From a virus (lineage: Duplodnaviria; Caudoviricetes), in the IMG/VR virus record IMGVR_UViG_3300017913_002030, positions 1 to 64,000 of that record: a DNA stretch of 64,000 nucleotides; one strand, written 5' to 3'. The notes below the pieces were generated by a model. That model was not told where the DNA came from and did not search any database. It was given only the letters and a program-made list of their open reading frames with translations. Positions 41,063 to 49,784 of this stretch are shown here, piece after piece (position 1 is the first letter of the stretch; every line of letters starts with the position of its first letter). The position numbers were made by a program, and so were the translations under genes.

Positions 41063-42751
41063 ATGAGCCTTAGAGCCGTATCAGAAAAACTAGGTCAACA
41101 GACTGATCTTCTAGTGGAGATCGGTAATGATATCTATGATTACTTAGATACGGTAATCGAACGTAGTGTGTTGACTGGCGCAAGTCTAGACAGTCTAAAC
41201 TCGACCAACATGCAAATACTGCAAACGATCGAGGCAGCGCAACAACCAACAGGTGACGAATTAGAAGAGAAACGTGATCGTCAAGCATTCGATAATAGAA
41301 TGTTGACCCTAATGCAAGAGATCGCAACTAACACCAAAGGCGGCAAAGAAAAGAGTGGCGGTGGTTCTAATATAGGATTTTTTGCTGGTGCCTTAGCAGG
41401 AGCGGCAAGGGGTGTGGGTGCTGGTGCTGGTTTCGCCGCATTAGGTTTGGGCATCGGCGCATTCTTTGCAGGTCTTGTTGCTGCGGATGCTGCAGGCAGT
41501 TATCTCAGAGTAGATGGTTCAGCACTTAAAAATCAAATAATCAATCTAAGTGAAGCCCTATCTGCCGCACCTAAAGATGGACTTTTAATACTCGGCGGTC
41601 TCATTGCGGGTGGCGGTATCTTAGGTGCGCTTGCCGGAACTCGTGCGTCTGGTAGAGGCGCAGGTGGTATGGCTGCTCTAGGTCTTGGGCTAGGTGGGTT
41701 CTTTGCAGGTCTTGCTGTAGGCGATAAGGCAATGTCTTGGATGAATGTTGACGGATCTAAACTAAAAGCAATGATGGTGAATCTTGCCGAAGGTTTGAGT
41801 GCATTCAGTGGTGGTCAGTTAGCAGGTATTGGTGCACTTCTGGCAGTGGGCGGAATATTTGGCGCATTACCGGGAGGCGCAGGTCTCAAAGCGTTAGGTA
41901 AGGCCGCTGTTGGCATGACTGCAATTGGTGCAGGTATAGGTGGATTCTTTGCGGGTCTTGCACTGGGTGACAAGGCGATGGACTGGATGAACGTCGATGG
42001 ATCCAATCTACGCGATATGATGATTAACTTAGGTGATGGTCTGACAGGACTCACTCAACCTGACTACGGAAAACTTTTACTATTTCCAGGCGCTGCTGCG
42101 GCCGCAGCATTAGGTATTGCCGTATTAACAGGCGCTAAGGCAGTAGATGGGGTTTCAAATTTTATAGGTTCTATAGGCGATTTTATCACTGGCGATTCAT
42201 CAACAATGTATGATCGTATCACCGAAGGTCTTAAAAAGCTTGAGACCGTAGACACAGAAAAATTGAAGCAATTTGATCCAGCAGCGATTGCGATAGGTAA
42301 TATGGCGTCAGCATTGAATGCCATGGGCGATGTCAATATGGGAGATGTTCAAAAATCTGTAGAAGGTCTTGCTGACACGCTTGCATTCACTATACCTATG
42401 CTGCATGAAGCGTCTATTGGTGGAACATTTAAATATGACGGTGGTATATTTAAAGGCGATGTCGAACGAGATTTCTCGCCTGGACTAAACAGTATACCTA
42501 AATCAACTTTCGATAAAATCAATTCGATCGTTTCTGTGAACACGGCGTCTCAACAAAACGCGCCAACATCTTCTAATAACATGTCTACACTGATTCGTGA
42601 GAGTAATGAGACTAAGAATAATGCGCCTGTAGTCGTAATGGATAACAGCACATCTAACGTCAACGGAGGCGGAGGTGGCGGCGGACCTATCATAGAGTCG
42701 AGCGTTTCTTATAACGATACATTAGACCCATACATCGTTACCCGCAAATAA
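41063..42751 (+). CDS. Tape-measure-like protein
   Basis: Follows gp26/gp51; Gly/Ala hydrophobic repeats (GLGIGAFFAGL..DK.M.WM.VDGS.L). Confidence 0.6.
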   Translation: MSLRAVSEKLGQQTDLLVEIGNDIYDYLDTVIERSVLTGASLDSLNSTNMQILQTIEAAQQPTGDELEEKRDRQAFDNRMLTLMQEIATNTKGGKEKSGGGSNIGFFAGALAGAARGVGAGAGFAALGLGIGAFFAGLVAADAAGSYLRVDGSALKNQIINLSEALSAAPKDGLLILGGLIAGGGILGALAGTRASGRGAGGMAALGLGLGGFFAGLAVGDKAMSWMNVDGSKLKAMMVNLAEGLSAFSGGQLAGIGALLAVGGIFGALPGGAGLKALGKAAVGMTAIGAGIGGFFAGLALGDKAMDWMNVDGSNLRDMMINLGDGLTGLTQPDYGKLLLFPGAAAAAALGIAVLTGAKAVDGVSNFIGSIGDFITGDSSTMYDRITEGLKKLETVDTEKLKQFDPAAIAIGNMASALNAMGDVNMGDVQKSVEGLADTLAFTIPMLHEASIGGTFKYDGGIFKGDVERDFSPGLNSIPKSTFDKINSIVSVNTASQQNAPTSSNNMSTLIRESNETKNNAPVVVMDNSTSNVNGGGGGGGPIIESSVSYNDTLDPYIVTRK

Positions 42752-42782
42752 AAAAAAGAGGACTTAATGTCCTCTTACTTTT
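42750..42782. terminator. Bidirectional intrinsic terminator
   Basis: aagaggac-ttaat-gtcctctt with A/T runs on both sides, between convergent genes. Confidence 0.8.
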
Positions 42783-43044
42783 AGTGATTGAGAATTGCTT
42801 CAATCATTCGTGCTTTAGTCCAAGATGGTCTGAGTTCTGGTCTCACTCCGATAGTATTACCAATAGTGATTAACTCCGCCTTAGTCAACGCATTTAGTTC
42901 TTCCTCAGTATAAGAAGGCGTTGGTTGTTCAGGCTCGACAACATCTTTTACAGGTTTGGTGGGTTTGCTAGAAGCAGTTCTCCACATTACCGCAAAAACA
43001 ACTACCGCTAAGATAATTGCTAGTACTGCATACTCCTGTGACAT
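42781..43044 (-). CDS. Small membrane-anchored protein with Rho-N/HeH-like helical domain
   Basis: MSQEYAVLAIILAVVVFAVMW TM segment; EELNALTKAELITIG...KARMIEAIL. Confidence 0.65.
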   Translation of the reverse strand: MSQEYAVLAIILAVVVFAVMWRTASSKPTKPVKDVVEPEQPTPSYTEEELNALTKAELITIGNTIGVRPELRPSWTKARMIEAILNH

Positions 43045-43048
43045 TTGA

Positions 43049-43996
43049 TTAGTCCTCCGCTGCCATCTGTGCAAAGTACGACAGAGTGTCGTCCTCTTCG
43101 GTCGCGACCGCTGCAGTGGCAGGAACAGGAGCGGCTACGATTGTTGGTTCAGATGCTTCTGCGATAGGCGCAGAGTCAGCGGTTTGAGCGAGAGCTTCGT
43201 TTTTCAACGTCGCACCAGCACCTGTGGCCAAACCTAGTACAGTCTCTAACTTAGCCTTGAGGTCGTCATACGACTTGAACCAGTTCGAATCGTGTGCGTT
43301 AGGGTAGTTAGGGACTACAAACTCATTTAGATCATACAGAGTATTGTAGATCGCCTCGAGTTGTGTCTCATCAGCACCAGCAAGTGGGGCAGGAGTCTTG
43401 AAGTCAGACTTGTCATAGTTGCGATAACCCGCGACATTGCGGATCTTCAACTCAAAGTCGGCACCTGTCCAAAAGTCAAACGGATTGACTGGCTCCTCGC
43501 CTGGAAATTCTGGTTGCATCATATCCATGATCTTATCAAAGATCTTCTTACCGAACTCATAGATGAACACTTTGCCGTTGTTCGCTGGATTCGCAGGATC
43601 GTTAATAACTTGGATGTTTGTGACATAGTGTAGACGACGCTTCTGGCGACGTGCTGTCTCTTTGTCTTCTTCGATGCCTGAGTTCCACAGACGTGAGTTC
43701 AACTCACCCACAGGGTCATTCTGACCTAGTGTAGTCAATGAGCGTTCGATATACCACTGTCCGGTTGGACCTTTGAACGCGTGATCCCAGTAGCGAACCC
43801 AAGGGAGATCTTGACCTTCGGTCGCAGGAAGAAAACGAATAACAGCGTAGCCGTTGCCCTGTTCATCAACAGTTGGCTTCCACTTTCGGTCGTCTTGATA
43901 CTTGTTGGTGTTGGTGGTCTGACCCGCCGCTTCTGTCGCAGCGCTGACCAACTTAGAGATGTCCATAGATCTGGACTTAAGATTTGCAAAAGACAT
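43049..43996 (-). CDS. gp32: Single-stranded DNA-binding protein gp32
   Basis: DDRKWKP...GNGYAVIRFLP; YGKKIFDKI-like YEFGKKIFDKI; PFDFWTGADF.LKIR; acidic tail. Confidence 0.95.
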   Translation of the reverse strand: MSFANLKSRSMDISKLVSAATEAAGQTTNTNKYQDDRKWKPTVDEQGNGYAVIRFLPATEGQDLPWVRYWDHAFKGPTGQWYIERSLTTLGQNDPVGELNSRLWNSGIEEDKETARRQKRRLHYVTNIQVINDPANPANNGKVFIYEFGKKIFDKIMDMMQPEFPGEEPVNPFDFWTGADFELKIRNVAGYRNYDKSDFKTPAPLAGADETQLEAIYNTLYDLNEFVVPNYPNAHDSNWFKSYDDLKAKLETVLGLATGAGATLKNEALAQTADSAPIAEASEPTIVAAPVPATAAVATEEDDTLSYFAQMAAED

Positions 43997-44058
43997 AATA
44001 TGTACCTTGTATAAACTTAAATATAAACTAAAATATGAAATCGCCTCAAGGGCATAGC

Positions 44059-44066
44059 TATTTATA
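44059..44066 (-). promoter_or_regulatory. T4-type late promoter TATAAATA upstream of gp32
   Basis: tatttata on + strand. Confidence 0.7.
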
Positions 44067-44307
44067 CGTCTAACGTGTTCTGCTTGGGTAAGAAATGTAA
44101 CTGTCTCGCCTCGGCCTCAAGATGCTCAACTATAGTCGGTGATAGATATTTTTTGATATCTTCCAACTCTAGTCCGTTCTCTTCACATAGGTGTACAATA
44201 GTATCCATGTACGACATTTTGTTGTGGTATACGAAATTCTCAATCATTTGAGAAAATGACTTCTTTGTCAAGAAGTTTTCTTCTACCACCTTGCTATCTT
44301 CAAGCAT
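44062..44307 (-). CDS. gp33: Late transcription co-activator gp33
   Basis: FLTKKSFSQMIE...MSYMDTIVHLCEENGLE...LS..I...LEAEA..LHFLPK. Confidence 0.85.
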   Translation of the reverse strand: MLEDSKVVEENFLTKKSFSQMIENFVYHNKMSYMDTIVHLCEENGLELEDIKKYLSPTIVEHLEAEARQLHFLPKQNTLDV

Positions 44308-44563
44308 TGATAATCTCAAAGTTTGTGACATTTTCCACGCGAAACGATCTCCACGCTTGTTTGTCAATAGCATATGCACGTACAACAGATTTATTAACAG
44401 AATGCTTATCGATATCTGTTACTGACTCAGGAGTTTGAGAAGGCATATACTCAGTCAACAGCGTACATGGCATGACCCGTGTATCGCCGTTGACTTTGGT
44501 AAATGTAACTTCGCAAACATTAGACCGGAGCTCTTTAACGATAGTATCATACAATTCTATCAT
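44300..44563 (-). CDS. WYL/SH3-like small protein (DUF2693-like)
   Basis: EVTFTKVNG.TRVM.CTL...AYAIDKQAWRSFRVENV. Confidence 0.75.
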   Translation of the reverse strand: MIELYDTIVKELRSNVCEVTFTKVNGDTRVMPCTLLTEYMPSQTPESVTDIDKHSVNKSVVRAYAIDKQAWRSFRVENVTNFEIINA

Positions 44564-44573
44564 TTCAGTCTCC

Positions 44574-44867
44574 TTAGAATCGCTCAAATTCTTCGTCCTG
44601 AGATTCTTCCCCGCTATCCGCATGTACGGCTTCGAGAAACTCTTCACTCTGATCGAGTACTGCAATAGTATGCTCGAAGGCTTCGAGTGTTGTGATGACG
44701 TTCTTACGCGTTTCATCATCTTCAGACAAATCAGCGTACTCTTTTACGAATACGTCGAGAGTGTCCAAGTATGCAATGCGCATGTACTCACGTGCGATGA
44801 GTTCAACGTCATTGCGTGGATATTGACCGAGGTCAATAAGATTATCTGGTAGGGACATTAATTCCAC
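44574..44867 (-). CDS. Hypothetical acidic protein
   Basis: 97-aa ORF packed between neighbours. Confidence 0.65.
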   Translation of the reverse strand: MELMSLPDNLIDLGQYPRNDVELIAREYMRIAYLDTLDVFVKEYADLSEDDETRKNVITTLEAFEHTIAVLDQSEEFLEAVHADSGEESQDEEFERF

Positions 44868-45094
44868 TCCTCACTTTTGTTTGCTTGATATACATCTGAA
44901 AAATGCGAATCGACGAATCGAGACTCATCACCCCAGCGTACATCTGACTTGTAGTCTTGACGATCAAGACGTTCCACTTCAACAGCGAGACGCTTGGACG
45001 CCTCACTGATTTTGTTACGTTTTTGAATCTTAAGTGCTGCCGCACGAATCATAGCGTAACGTTCTTCTTTTGAAACAGGCATATTATAACTCAT
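44858..45094 (-). CDS. Hypothetical protein (start uncertain; may be 45052)
   Basis: The upstream ATGs overlap a candidate sigma70 -10 box. Confidence 0.55.
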   Translation of the reverse strand: MSYNMPVSKEERYAMIRAAALKIQKRNKISEASKRLAVEVERLDRQDYKSDVRWGDESRFVDSHFSDVYQANKSEEWN

Positions 45095-45111
45095 ATATAG
45101 TCGTTTGTCAA
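45083..45111 (-). promoter_or_regulatory. Candidate sigma70 promoter TTGACA-17-TATAAT
   Basis: Perfect hexamers, but it lies within coding sequence. Confidence 0.55.
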
Positions 45112-45115
45112 GTGG

Positions 45116-45268
45116 TTAAAAACCGTTCTTAGGATACAACAGGTCTTCGGGATAACCTTTCTTCTTGGTCTCCTTCTTCCTATCGATGTGGGTAGAGGCG
45201 CGATTGAATCGCCCCGCATACTTTGCGACCGGATTTGATCGCTTCGTAGACTTCTTTTTCGTACTCAT
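45116..45268 (-). CDS. Small basic protein
   Basis: MSTKKKSTKRSNPVAKYAGRFNRAS.H.DRKKE.KKKGY. Confidence 0.55.
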   Translation of the reverse strand: MSTKKKSTKRSNPVAKYAGRFNRASTHIDRKKETKKKGYPEDLLYPKNGF

Positions 45269-45668
45269 AAGCTTCATTCTCCCATGGCTGGTCGCTGTAA
45301 ATGAGATTTTGGTATTCTTTACCATCAAAGATCCACTTGTAAGACATGATGCCGTCTTGCAAGCAAAGACCCGAATGGATCAGTCTACCCGTTAAAATTT
45401 GCACTGCGTGAATCATCTCGTGTGCAATGTTGATTTTGATCTGCATGTCATCGATACGCTCACCGTTGAAAGTCTCTGCGATCGAGATATCCACTTGATC
45501 TTCATCACCATCAACTAGTCCTGCAAATCGACCTAGATCTTCAACAATCTCTATTTCGACATAACCAGGAAGACTAGAGATTCCTAAAAATCTGCCCACC
45601 TTATGAATGTACTTGTACAGCTCAGGCGGACAATTTTCTGATATCTCTATGTTTTCAGCGTATTGCAT
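45180..45668 (-). CDS. HExxH metallopeptidase-like protein
   Basis: NIAHEMIHAVQ...Y.DQPWENEAYEYE. Confidence 0.75.
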   Translation of the reverse strand: MQYAENIEISENCPPELYKYIHKVGRFLGISSLPGYVEIEIVEDLGRFAGLVDGDEDQVDISIAETFNGERIDDMQIKINIAHEMIHAVQILTGRLIHSGLCLQDGIMSYKWIFDGKEYQNLIYSDQPWENEAYEYEKEVYEAIKSGRKVCGAIQSRLYPHR

Positions 45669-45892
45669 TACTTAGGCTCAACAACTTTGTTGTTACTGAA
45701 TTCAACACCCTCGGGCCCTTTCAACTTACCGAGCAACCACCAGTCTTCTGCCTGCAATTTAGCAACAGAGTTCTCACCCTCGTACTCGGAACCAAGTTCG
45801 TTATATTGATTCAGGTACTTGACTGCATCCATAAGGTTGTCAAAAGTCTGGGTGTCTTGATGATTATTTAACTTAGGCTTTGCGGTAAACAT
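45668..45892 (-). CDS. Hypothetical protein
   Basis: 74 aa, GAGAGAG upstream, abuts next gene. Confidence 0.6.
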   Translation of the reverse strand: MFTAKPKLNNHQDTQTFDNLMDAVKYLNQYNELGSEYEGENSVAKLQAEDWWLLGKLKGPEGVEFSNNKVVEPK

Positions 45893-46030
45893 TTTGATAC
45901 TCTCTCTTTAACCAATACTTGTAAATTGAAAAATACATCTGTGAAGTATATTTGGGACGAGAACCCGTGTACTGCTCGATCTCGTCACAATGTTCATACC
46001 ACTTCTGACAACACCAATGACGGAAACTCA

Positions 46031-46579
46031 TTACGCGTACCAACTTCGGTAGAATTCTTTGCCTTCTTCGGCAGGACCAGCACTTCGAACATCGTCGATG
46101 TTGATGTACTTACCAGTGATTCGCTTCTTGAACTCTTCACCGATGAAGGCATCTTTGACTGGAACAACGCGGTCACTCATGAAACCCTCAGAACCCTCGA
46201 CAGAGGCAACCGCGATCTCACGCAGAGTAACAGTCGCACCCTTCTTGGCGACAACTTGGTAGGCATCAATGTTGGTCTGTTCCCAACCCCAAGAAGCAAC
46301 GTAGATGTCACCCTCTTTGACACCCTCAAGAGCGGCAGCCTTCGCAGCGGCACGAGCGATCTTTCGCTCCTCTTTCCACTTGTCGGCACGTTCGAGACCC
46401 GCAAGGAACTCTTCAACGTGTTCGATCATGCGAGCGACACTACCGTAACGGTAGTTGAACTCAATCTTGTAACCAAGACGAGCACGCTTACTAGGGCGTA
46501 CACACTTGGCAACGATTCGTGCTTCATCGATCTCCAACTGGAGACCACGCGCTTCGTACTTCTCAATCAAACTCAACAT
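46031..46579 (-). CDS. Hypothetical early protein
   Basis: 182 aa; GDIYVASWGWEQTNIDAYQVV; first gene after a sigma70 promoter. Confidence 0.75.
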   Translation of the reverse strand: MLSLIEKYEARGLQLEIDEARIVAKCVRPSKRARLGYKIEFNYRYGSVARMIEHVEEFLAGLERADKWKEERKIARAAAKAAALEGVKEGDIYVASWGWEQTNIDAYQVVAKKGATVTLREIAVASVEGSEGFMSDRVVPVKDAFIGEEFKKRITGKYINIDDVRSAGPAEEGKEFYRSWYA

Positions 46580-46614
46580 AACAATCTCTCTCTATCAACT
46601 CAACTTACATAGTA

Positions 46615-46679
46615 ATTGTATCAAATCCACATGGATTGTCAACACTTTTCGAAAACTTTTTTATGTTAATTTTTCACAA
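46615..46679 (-). promoter_or_regulatory. Early sigma70 promoter TTGACA-16-(TG)TACAAT with 29-bp upstream element
   Basis: -10 at 46615-20, -35 at 46637-42; 46651-46679 is identical to 49850-49878. Confidence 0.8.
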
Positions 46680-46897
46680 TAAATGGGTTGCACTTTTCTC
46701 TCAACAATTTCCATTGCGCAGGGTTCACTAGCGAAAACTTTCCAAGTGCCATCGTACTGACTGGCGATAGTGATCTCAAACTCTTCTCCGTAAATATCGT
46801 ACGCTTCAAACTTGAACTCGTAGAAGATGTTGGGTTCACCCAATCGTTCTACTAATCGTTCATAAGACGCGTCGATGTATCCTTGTAACTCACTCAT
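46661..46897 (-). CDS. Hypothetical protein
   Basis: 78-aa ORF abutting 46900..47124. Confidence 0.6.
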   Translation of the reverse strand: MSELQGYIDASYERLVERLGEPNIFYEFKFEAYDIYGEEFEITIASQYDGTWKVFASEPCAMEIVERKVQPIYCEKLT

Positions 46898-46899
46898 CG

Positions 46900-47124
46900 C
46901 TAACTGGCTCGCAGGTTGGCTTGTTCACGGGCCCAGACATAACGACGGCCGCGGTTCGCGACAGTCTCAGTGCCGCCGACAAGACCGGCAACCATGTTAC
47001 GAACGAGACGTGACTCACGGCCGGGAGGACAAACGTGAACACGATTCGCAGCGAGATAGGCAGCGACATCGGCATCAAGAGCTACACGACGATCATCAGC
47101 AGAAAGGTTGGCAAAACGAGACAT
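46900..47124 (-). CDS. Small Arg-rich hypothetical protein (start 47124)
   Basis: AAGGAG RBS before MSRFANLSADDRR; GC-richer than neighbours. Confidence 0.7.
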   Translation of the reverse strand: MSRFANLSADDRRVALDADVAAYLAANRVHVCPPGRESRLVRNMVAGLVGGTETVANRGRRYVWAREQANLRAS

Positions 47125-47152
47125 AACTAACTCCTTAAAAGAAAAGAAACGA

Positions 47153-47209
47153 GGCGAGAAGCAGTGGACCCCTGAGGTCCCTAGCGAATCAATCGCGCCA
47201 GATCTCACC
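47153..47209 (-). ncRNA. Candidate structured 5' leader (three-way junction)
   Basis: P1 GGUGAGA/UCUCGCC encloses hairpins GCGA/UCGC and GGACC/GGUCC; lies between promoter and RBS. Confidence 0.4.
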
Positions 47210-47223
47210 AACTCACAATACAT

Positions 47224-47251
47224 ATTATACTCGTTTTGAAAATAAAGTCAA
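47224..47251 (-). promoter_or_regulatory. Early sigma70 promoter TTGACT-16-TATAAT
   Basis: Hexamers read directly, with A-rich sequence upstream. Confidence 0.75.
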
Positions 47252-47264
47252 TAGTTTTTTTAGA

Positions 47265-47864
47265 TTAATTTGCTATATGCATATTACTTAATGGGGCACG
47301 ACTCGCGGCGTTCAACCATGATTGAGGATCTTTAGGTTTTGCGGGGGTCACTCGCAACCCCTGCTCTTTGAAGTTCGCTTTGAGAATCGACGCGGTCTCT
47401 CGACCAAGGAATCTCGACACCAACTTCAATAGAGTCTCTCGAAAAGTCACGTGGTGATGACTGAATCCTGCACTGTGTGCCAGTTCGTGTAGGACGATGT
47501 ACTTGTTGAAGTCAAACGCGGGCGAGATCTCGATCCACGATCCGTGTGACCTACCCATGTAGGCGGCGCGACTCCCCATGTTACGTGACTGGACGACGCG
47601 TACCTTACCGTGATAGCGAGACACCTTTTCCCACGTCTTGGACTTTGTCACTTGTTTTACAAATCTTTCTACCTCTTCGAAGTCATTGAGAGGACCAATC
47701 AGTTCAGGATGTTCAGTTTCAAGTTTCCACTCTGCACTGTACGTTCTACTCTTTTCGCTATCGCGTTTCGGTAAGACTGTCTTGCGACGATAGTACTCTG
47801 AATACTTGCGGGCCTGAGACGTGCTCAGACCAGCATCTAATGCCTTGCGATATGCAGTCTTCAT
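47265..47864 (-). CDS. SprT-like HExxH protein
   Basis: YIVLHELAHSAGFSHHH..FR..LLKLV. Confidence 0.75.
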   Translation of the reverse strand: MKTAYRKALDAGLSTSQARKYSEYYRRKTVLPKRDSEKSRTYSAEWKLETEHPELIGPLNDFEEVERFVKQVTKSKTWEKVSRYHGKVRVVQSRNMGSRAAYMGRSHGSWIEISPAFDFNKYIVLHELAHSAGFSHHHVTFRETLLKLVSRFLGRETASILKANFKEQGLRVTPAKPKDPQSWLNAASRAPLSNMHIAN

Positions 47865-48178
47865 TACTTTTTCTTCCTGGCAGTTTTCTTAACGGGAGAC
47901 TTCTTCGCGGCCACTTTCTTTTTTGCAGTGACCTTTCTTTTTGTCGGGGCCTTCTTCTTAGGCGGGACCCACTTCTCAGATAAGAACTCTTCTACTGTCA
48001 AACCACACTCTCGAAGAGCCTTGTGGAAGCGTTTTACGTCTGCCATCTCCCACGTGTTATTAATGAACGACCCGAAATGGTTGGTCACTTTTTCACCCAA
48101 CTGAATATTTTCTTCAGTCTCTTTGTCGAAGATGTAGCGCACCTTCTTGGTGAAATTTAACTTGATGACTTTAGGCAT
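47864..48178 (-). CDS. Hypothetical protein with Lys/Ala-rich histone-like tail
   Basis: C-term PPKKKAPTKRKVTAKKKVAAKKSPVKKTARKKK. Confidence 0.7.
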   Translation of the reverse strand: MPKVIKLNFTKKVRYIFDKETEENIQLGEKVTNHFGSFINNTWEMADVKRFHKALRECGLTVEEFLSEKWVPPKKKAPTKRKVTAKKKVAAKKSPVKKTARKKK

Positions 48179-48186
48179 AGGACTCC

Positions 48187-48372
48187 TTACGCAATACCGT
48201 GAATGATACCGATTCGTTTCTGTTTGTTGACGATGACCGTCACAGTCGAACCAACAGGACGTTCGGGTTCACCGACCACATCCAGATAGGTCAGCTCTTC
48301 GAACACTCGCTTACCGTACTTGGTGAACTCGACCAAGTAGGTACGCCAGATGTACTCTGGAAGTTTAAACAT
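48187..48372 (-). CDS. Hypothetical protein
   Basis: MFKLPEYIWRTYLVEFTK; start overlaps the upstream stop. Confidence 0.6.
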   Translation of the reverse strand: MFKLPEYIWRTYLVEFTKYGKRVFEELTYLDVVGEPERPVGSTVTVIVNKQKRIGIIHGIA

Positions 48373-48617
48373 TACGCACACTCCTCTATAATTGGTTTCG
48401 CGATCAGATAGACACCGACCGCACTAGGAACATCGCAGAAGGCATACTCACTGCAAAGCAGTCGATACTTGGCGAAGTATTTCACCCCAGCATCAGCAGG
48501 ACTATCAATAGGCGGGAAGTAAACAGCGACCTGTTCACCGCGGTCATCAATGACCTCACCAAGACTCTGCATCGCGCCAGAATTGATCTGGACCACACGA
48601 CCTTTCAGATTTTCCAT
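48372..48617 (-). CDS. Hypothetical protein
   Basis: GGAGAGAG RBS before MENLKG; first gene after a promoter. Confidence 0.65.
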   Translation of the reverse strand: MENLKGRVVQINSGAMQSLGEVIDDRGEQVAVYFPPIDSPADAGVKYFAKYRLLCSEYAFCDVPSAVGVYLIAKPIIEECA

Positions 48618-48644
48618 AACTCTCTCCACTCATTCAACACAGAC

Positions 48645-48673
48645 ATTATAGTACATGTTTCAAAAATATGCAA
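48645..48673 (-). promoter_or_regulatory. Early sigma70 promoter TTGCAT-17-TATAAT
   Basis: Intergenic hexamers. Confidence 0.7.
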
Positions 48674-48702
48674 GAATTATTTTTGTGAAATAGTTACAAT
48701 TG

Positions 48703-48763
48703 TAAAAATAGGGGAGCGATCCACATACCTGTCAGTCGGAATCTTCGCAAGACCGACTCCCCT
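48703..48763 (-). terminator. Structured 3' element/terminator with large internal hairpin
   Basis: GGGGAG...CUCCCC-UAUUUUU enclosing AGUCGG-UCUU-GCGA-AGAU-UCCGACU. Confidence 0.45.
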
Positions 48764-48769
48764 CTTAAC

Positions 48770-48844
48770 TCAATCATCGAGGTCGATGCACAACCAGACA
48801 CCGCCGATGATCAGAAACGCTAGAACAAGTCCAAGCTCGCTCAT
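48770..48844 (-). CDS. 24-aa membrane peptide (not in ORF track)
   Basis: MSELGLVLAFLIIGGVWLCIDLDD*; ATGA overlap with the upstream stop. Confidence 0.5.
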   Translation of the reverse strand: MSELGLVLAFLIIGGVWLCIDLDD

Positions 48845-49338
48845 TGGATGATGTATCCTCGACCACCACAGATATCACAGTCGTCGTCATACTCATCGTC
48901 AGTGCCCCAATCGTAGGTGACGACACCCGACCCTTCGCACTCACCACACTCCAACTCCTCGTTGTCCCAATCGAAGGGATCTTCGTAGTCGAACATGTCT
49001 TCGGTGTTCTCCATCGTCATCAACTGAGGGTTATAGGTGACCATCTTGGTGGTCATCTCGACAATGCGATCGATCGCAATGTGAAACAGATCGTTCTCGT
49101 ATTTGCCTTGATAGACTCGACCCGTGGTGTAGGGTAGGACGTACTCGAATAATTCACGATCGATCGCGCTCTTCTCGCGTAGGAACTTTAGTGCACCAGA
49201 GGTGTTGTTGCCCATACCGTTGTTGTAGAAGTCGTGACGCAGACGACCTGCGGCGCGAACCATCTCACCTGCAACAGTTTCACACTTACCGGAGGGCGGT
49301 ACCAACTCCGCAAAGATTCGTTCAAATGTAGCACTCAT
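48841..49338 (-). CDS. Hypothetical protein with C-terminal DnaJ-like zinc finger
   Basis: AAGGAG RBS; LVPPSGKCETVAGEMVRA..RL.HDFYNNG; CGECEGSG...CDICGGRG. Confidence 0.8.
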   Translation of the reverse strand: MSATFERIFAELVPPSGKCETVAGEMVRAAGRLRHDFYNNGMGNNTSGALKFLREKSAIDRELFEYVLPYTTGRVYQGKYENDLFHIAIDRIVEMTTKMVTYNPQLMTMENTEDMFDYEDPFDWDNEELECGECEGSGVVTYDWGTDDEYDDDCDICGGRGYIIQ

Positions 49339-49348
49339 AATAATCTCC

Positions 49349-49471
49349 TTAGTAGACGTAAGGTTCGACTGGGTGACCAGCGGCGAGTTGCAATGCAGTG
49401 TAAACGAACATCCAAAGAACTGCTTGACCGAAGACCACTTCGGCAATTCGCTGGGGATTTGCAGGCTTCAC
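49349..49471 (-). CDS. 40-aa probable membrane peptide (GTG start, not in ORF track)
   Basis: GAGGTG RBS; MKPANPQRIAEVVFGQAVLWMFVYTALQLAAGHPVEPYVY*. Confidence 0.5.
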   Translation of the reverse strand: MKPANPQRIAEVVFGQAVLWMFVYTALQLAAGHPVEPYVY

Positions 49472-49481
49472 TTTAATCACC

Positions 49482-49784
49482 TCAGATTACCTCCACACGG
49501 TTATCAAATTCACTCGGTCCACTAATCTCAAAGGGAACATACAGAATACAGCCAAGACGCTCTACATCATGTTCGAACGAACCTGTCTGAGACTCAGTAA
49601 CACGAACAGTATACCCGTCGCACATATAGATCTCGCGATCGGCATCAGGATGGGGTTTTGCGAAAATTGAACCTTTGTCAATTACCTCACCGATAAGATA
49701 TGAATCGGGACGATCAGGTGCAGGTCGAAAGTCATACGCACGAATAGTGTCGCCGACGTTCGCAGTGTTTTCAAATTTCATCAT
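49482..49784 (-). CDS. Hypothetical early protein
   Basis: MMKFENTANVGDTIRAYDF; first gene after a promoter. Confidence 0.7.
   Translation of the reverse strand: MMKFENTANVGDTIRAYDFRPAPDRPDSYLIGEVIDKGSIFAKPHPDADREIYMCDGYTVRVTESQTGSFEHDVERLGCILYVPFEISGPSEFDNRVEVI

Noticed and set aside
45926-46612. 228-aa plus-strand ORF
   Set aside because: Antisense to 46031..46579, which has a promoter and RBS; typical codon-bias shadow.
46664-46678. CRP site in the repeated promoter element
   Set aside because: Half-site spacing is N5, not N6, and the second half is imperfect; kept only as an unidentified element.
47153-47209. tRNA or glnA/SAM-V/c-di-GMP riboswitch identity
   Set aside because: No TTC(G)A T-loop or CCA end, and no match to the riboswitch consensus nucleotides as I recall them.
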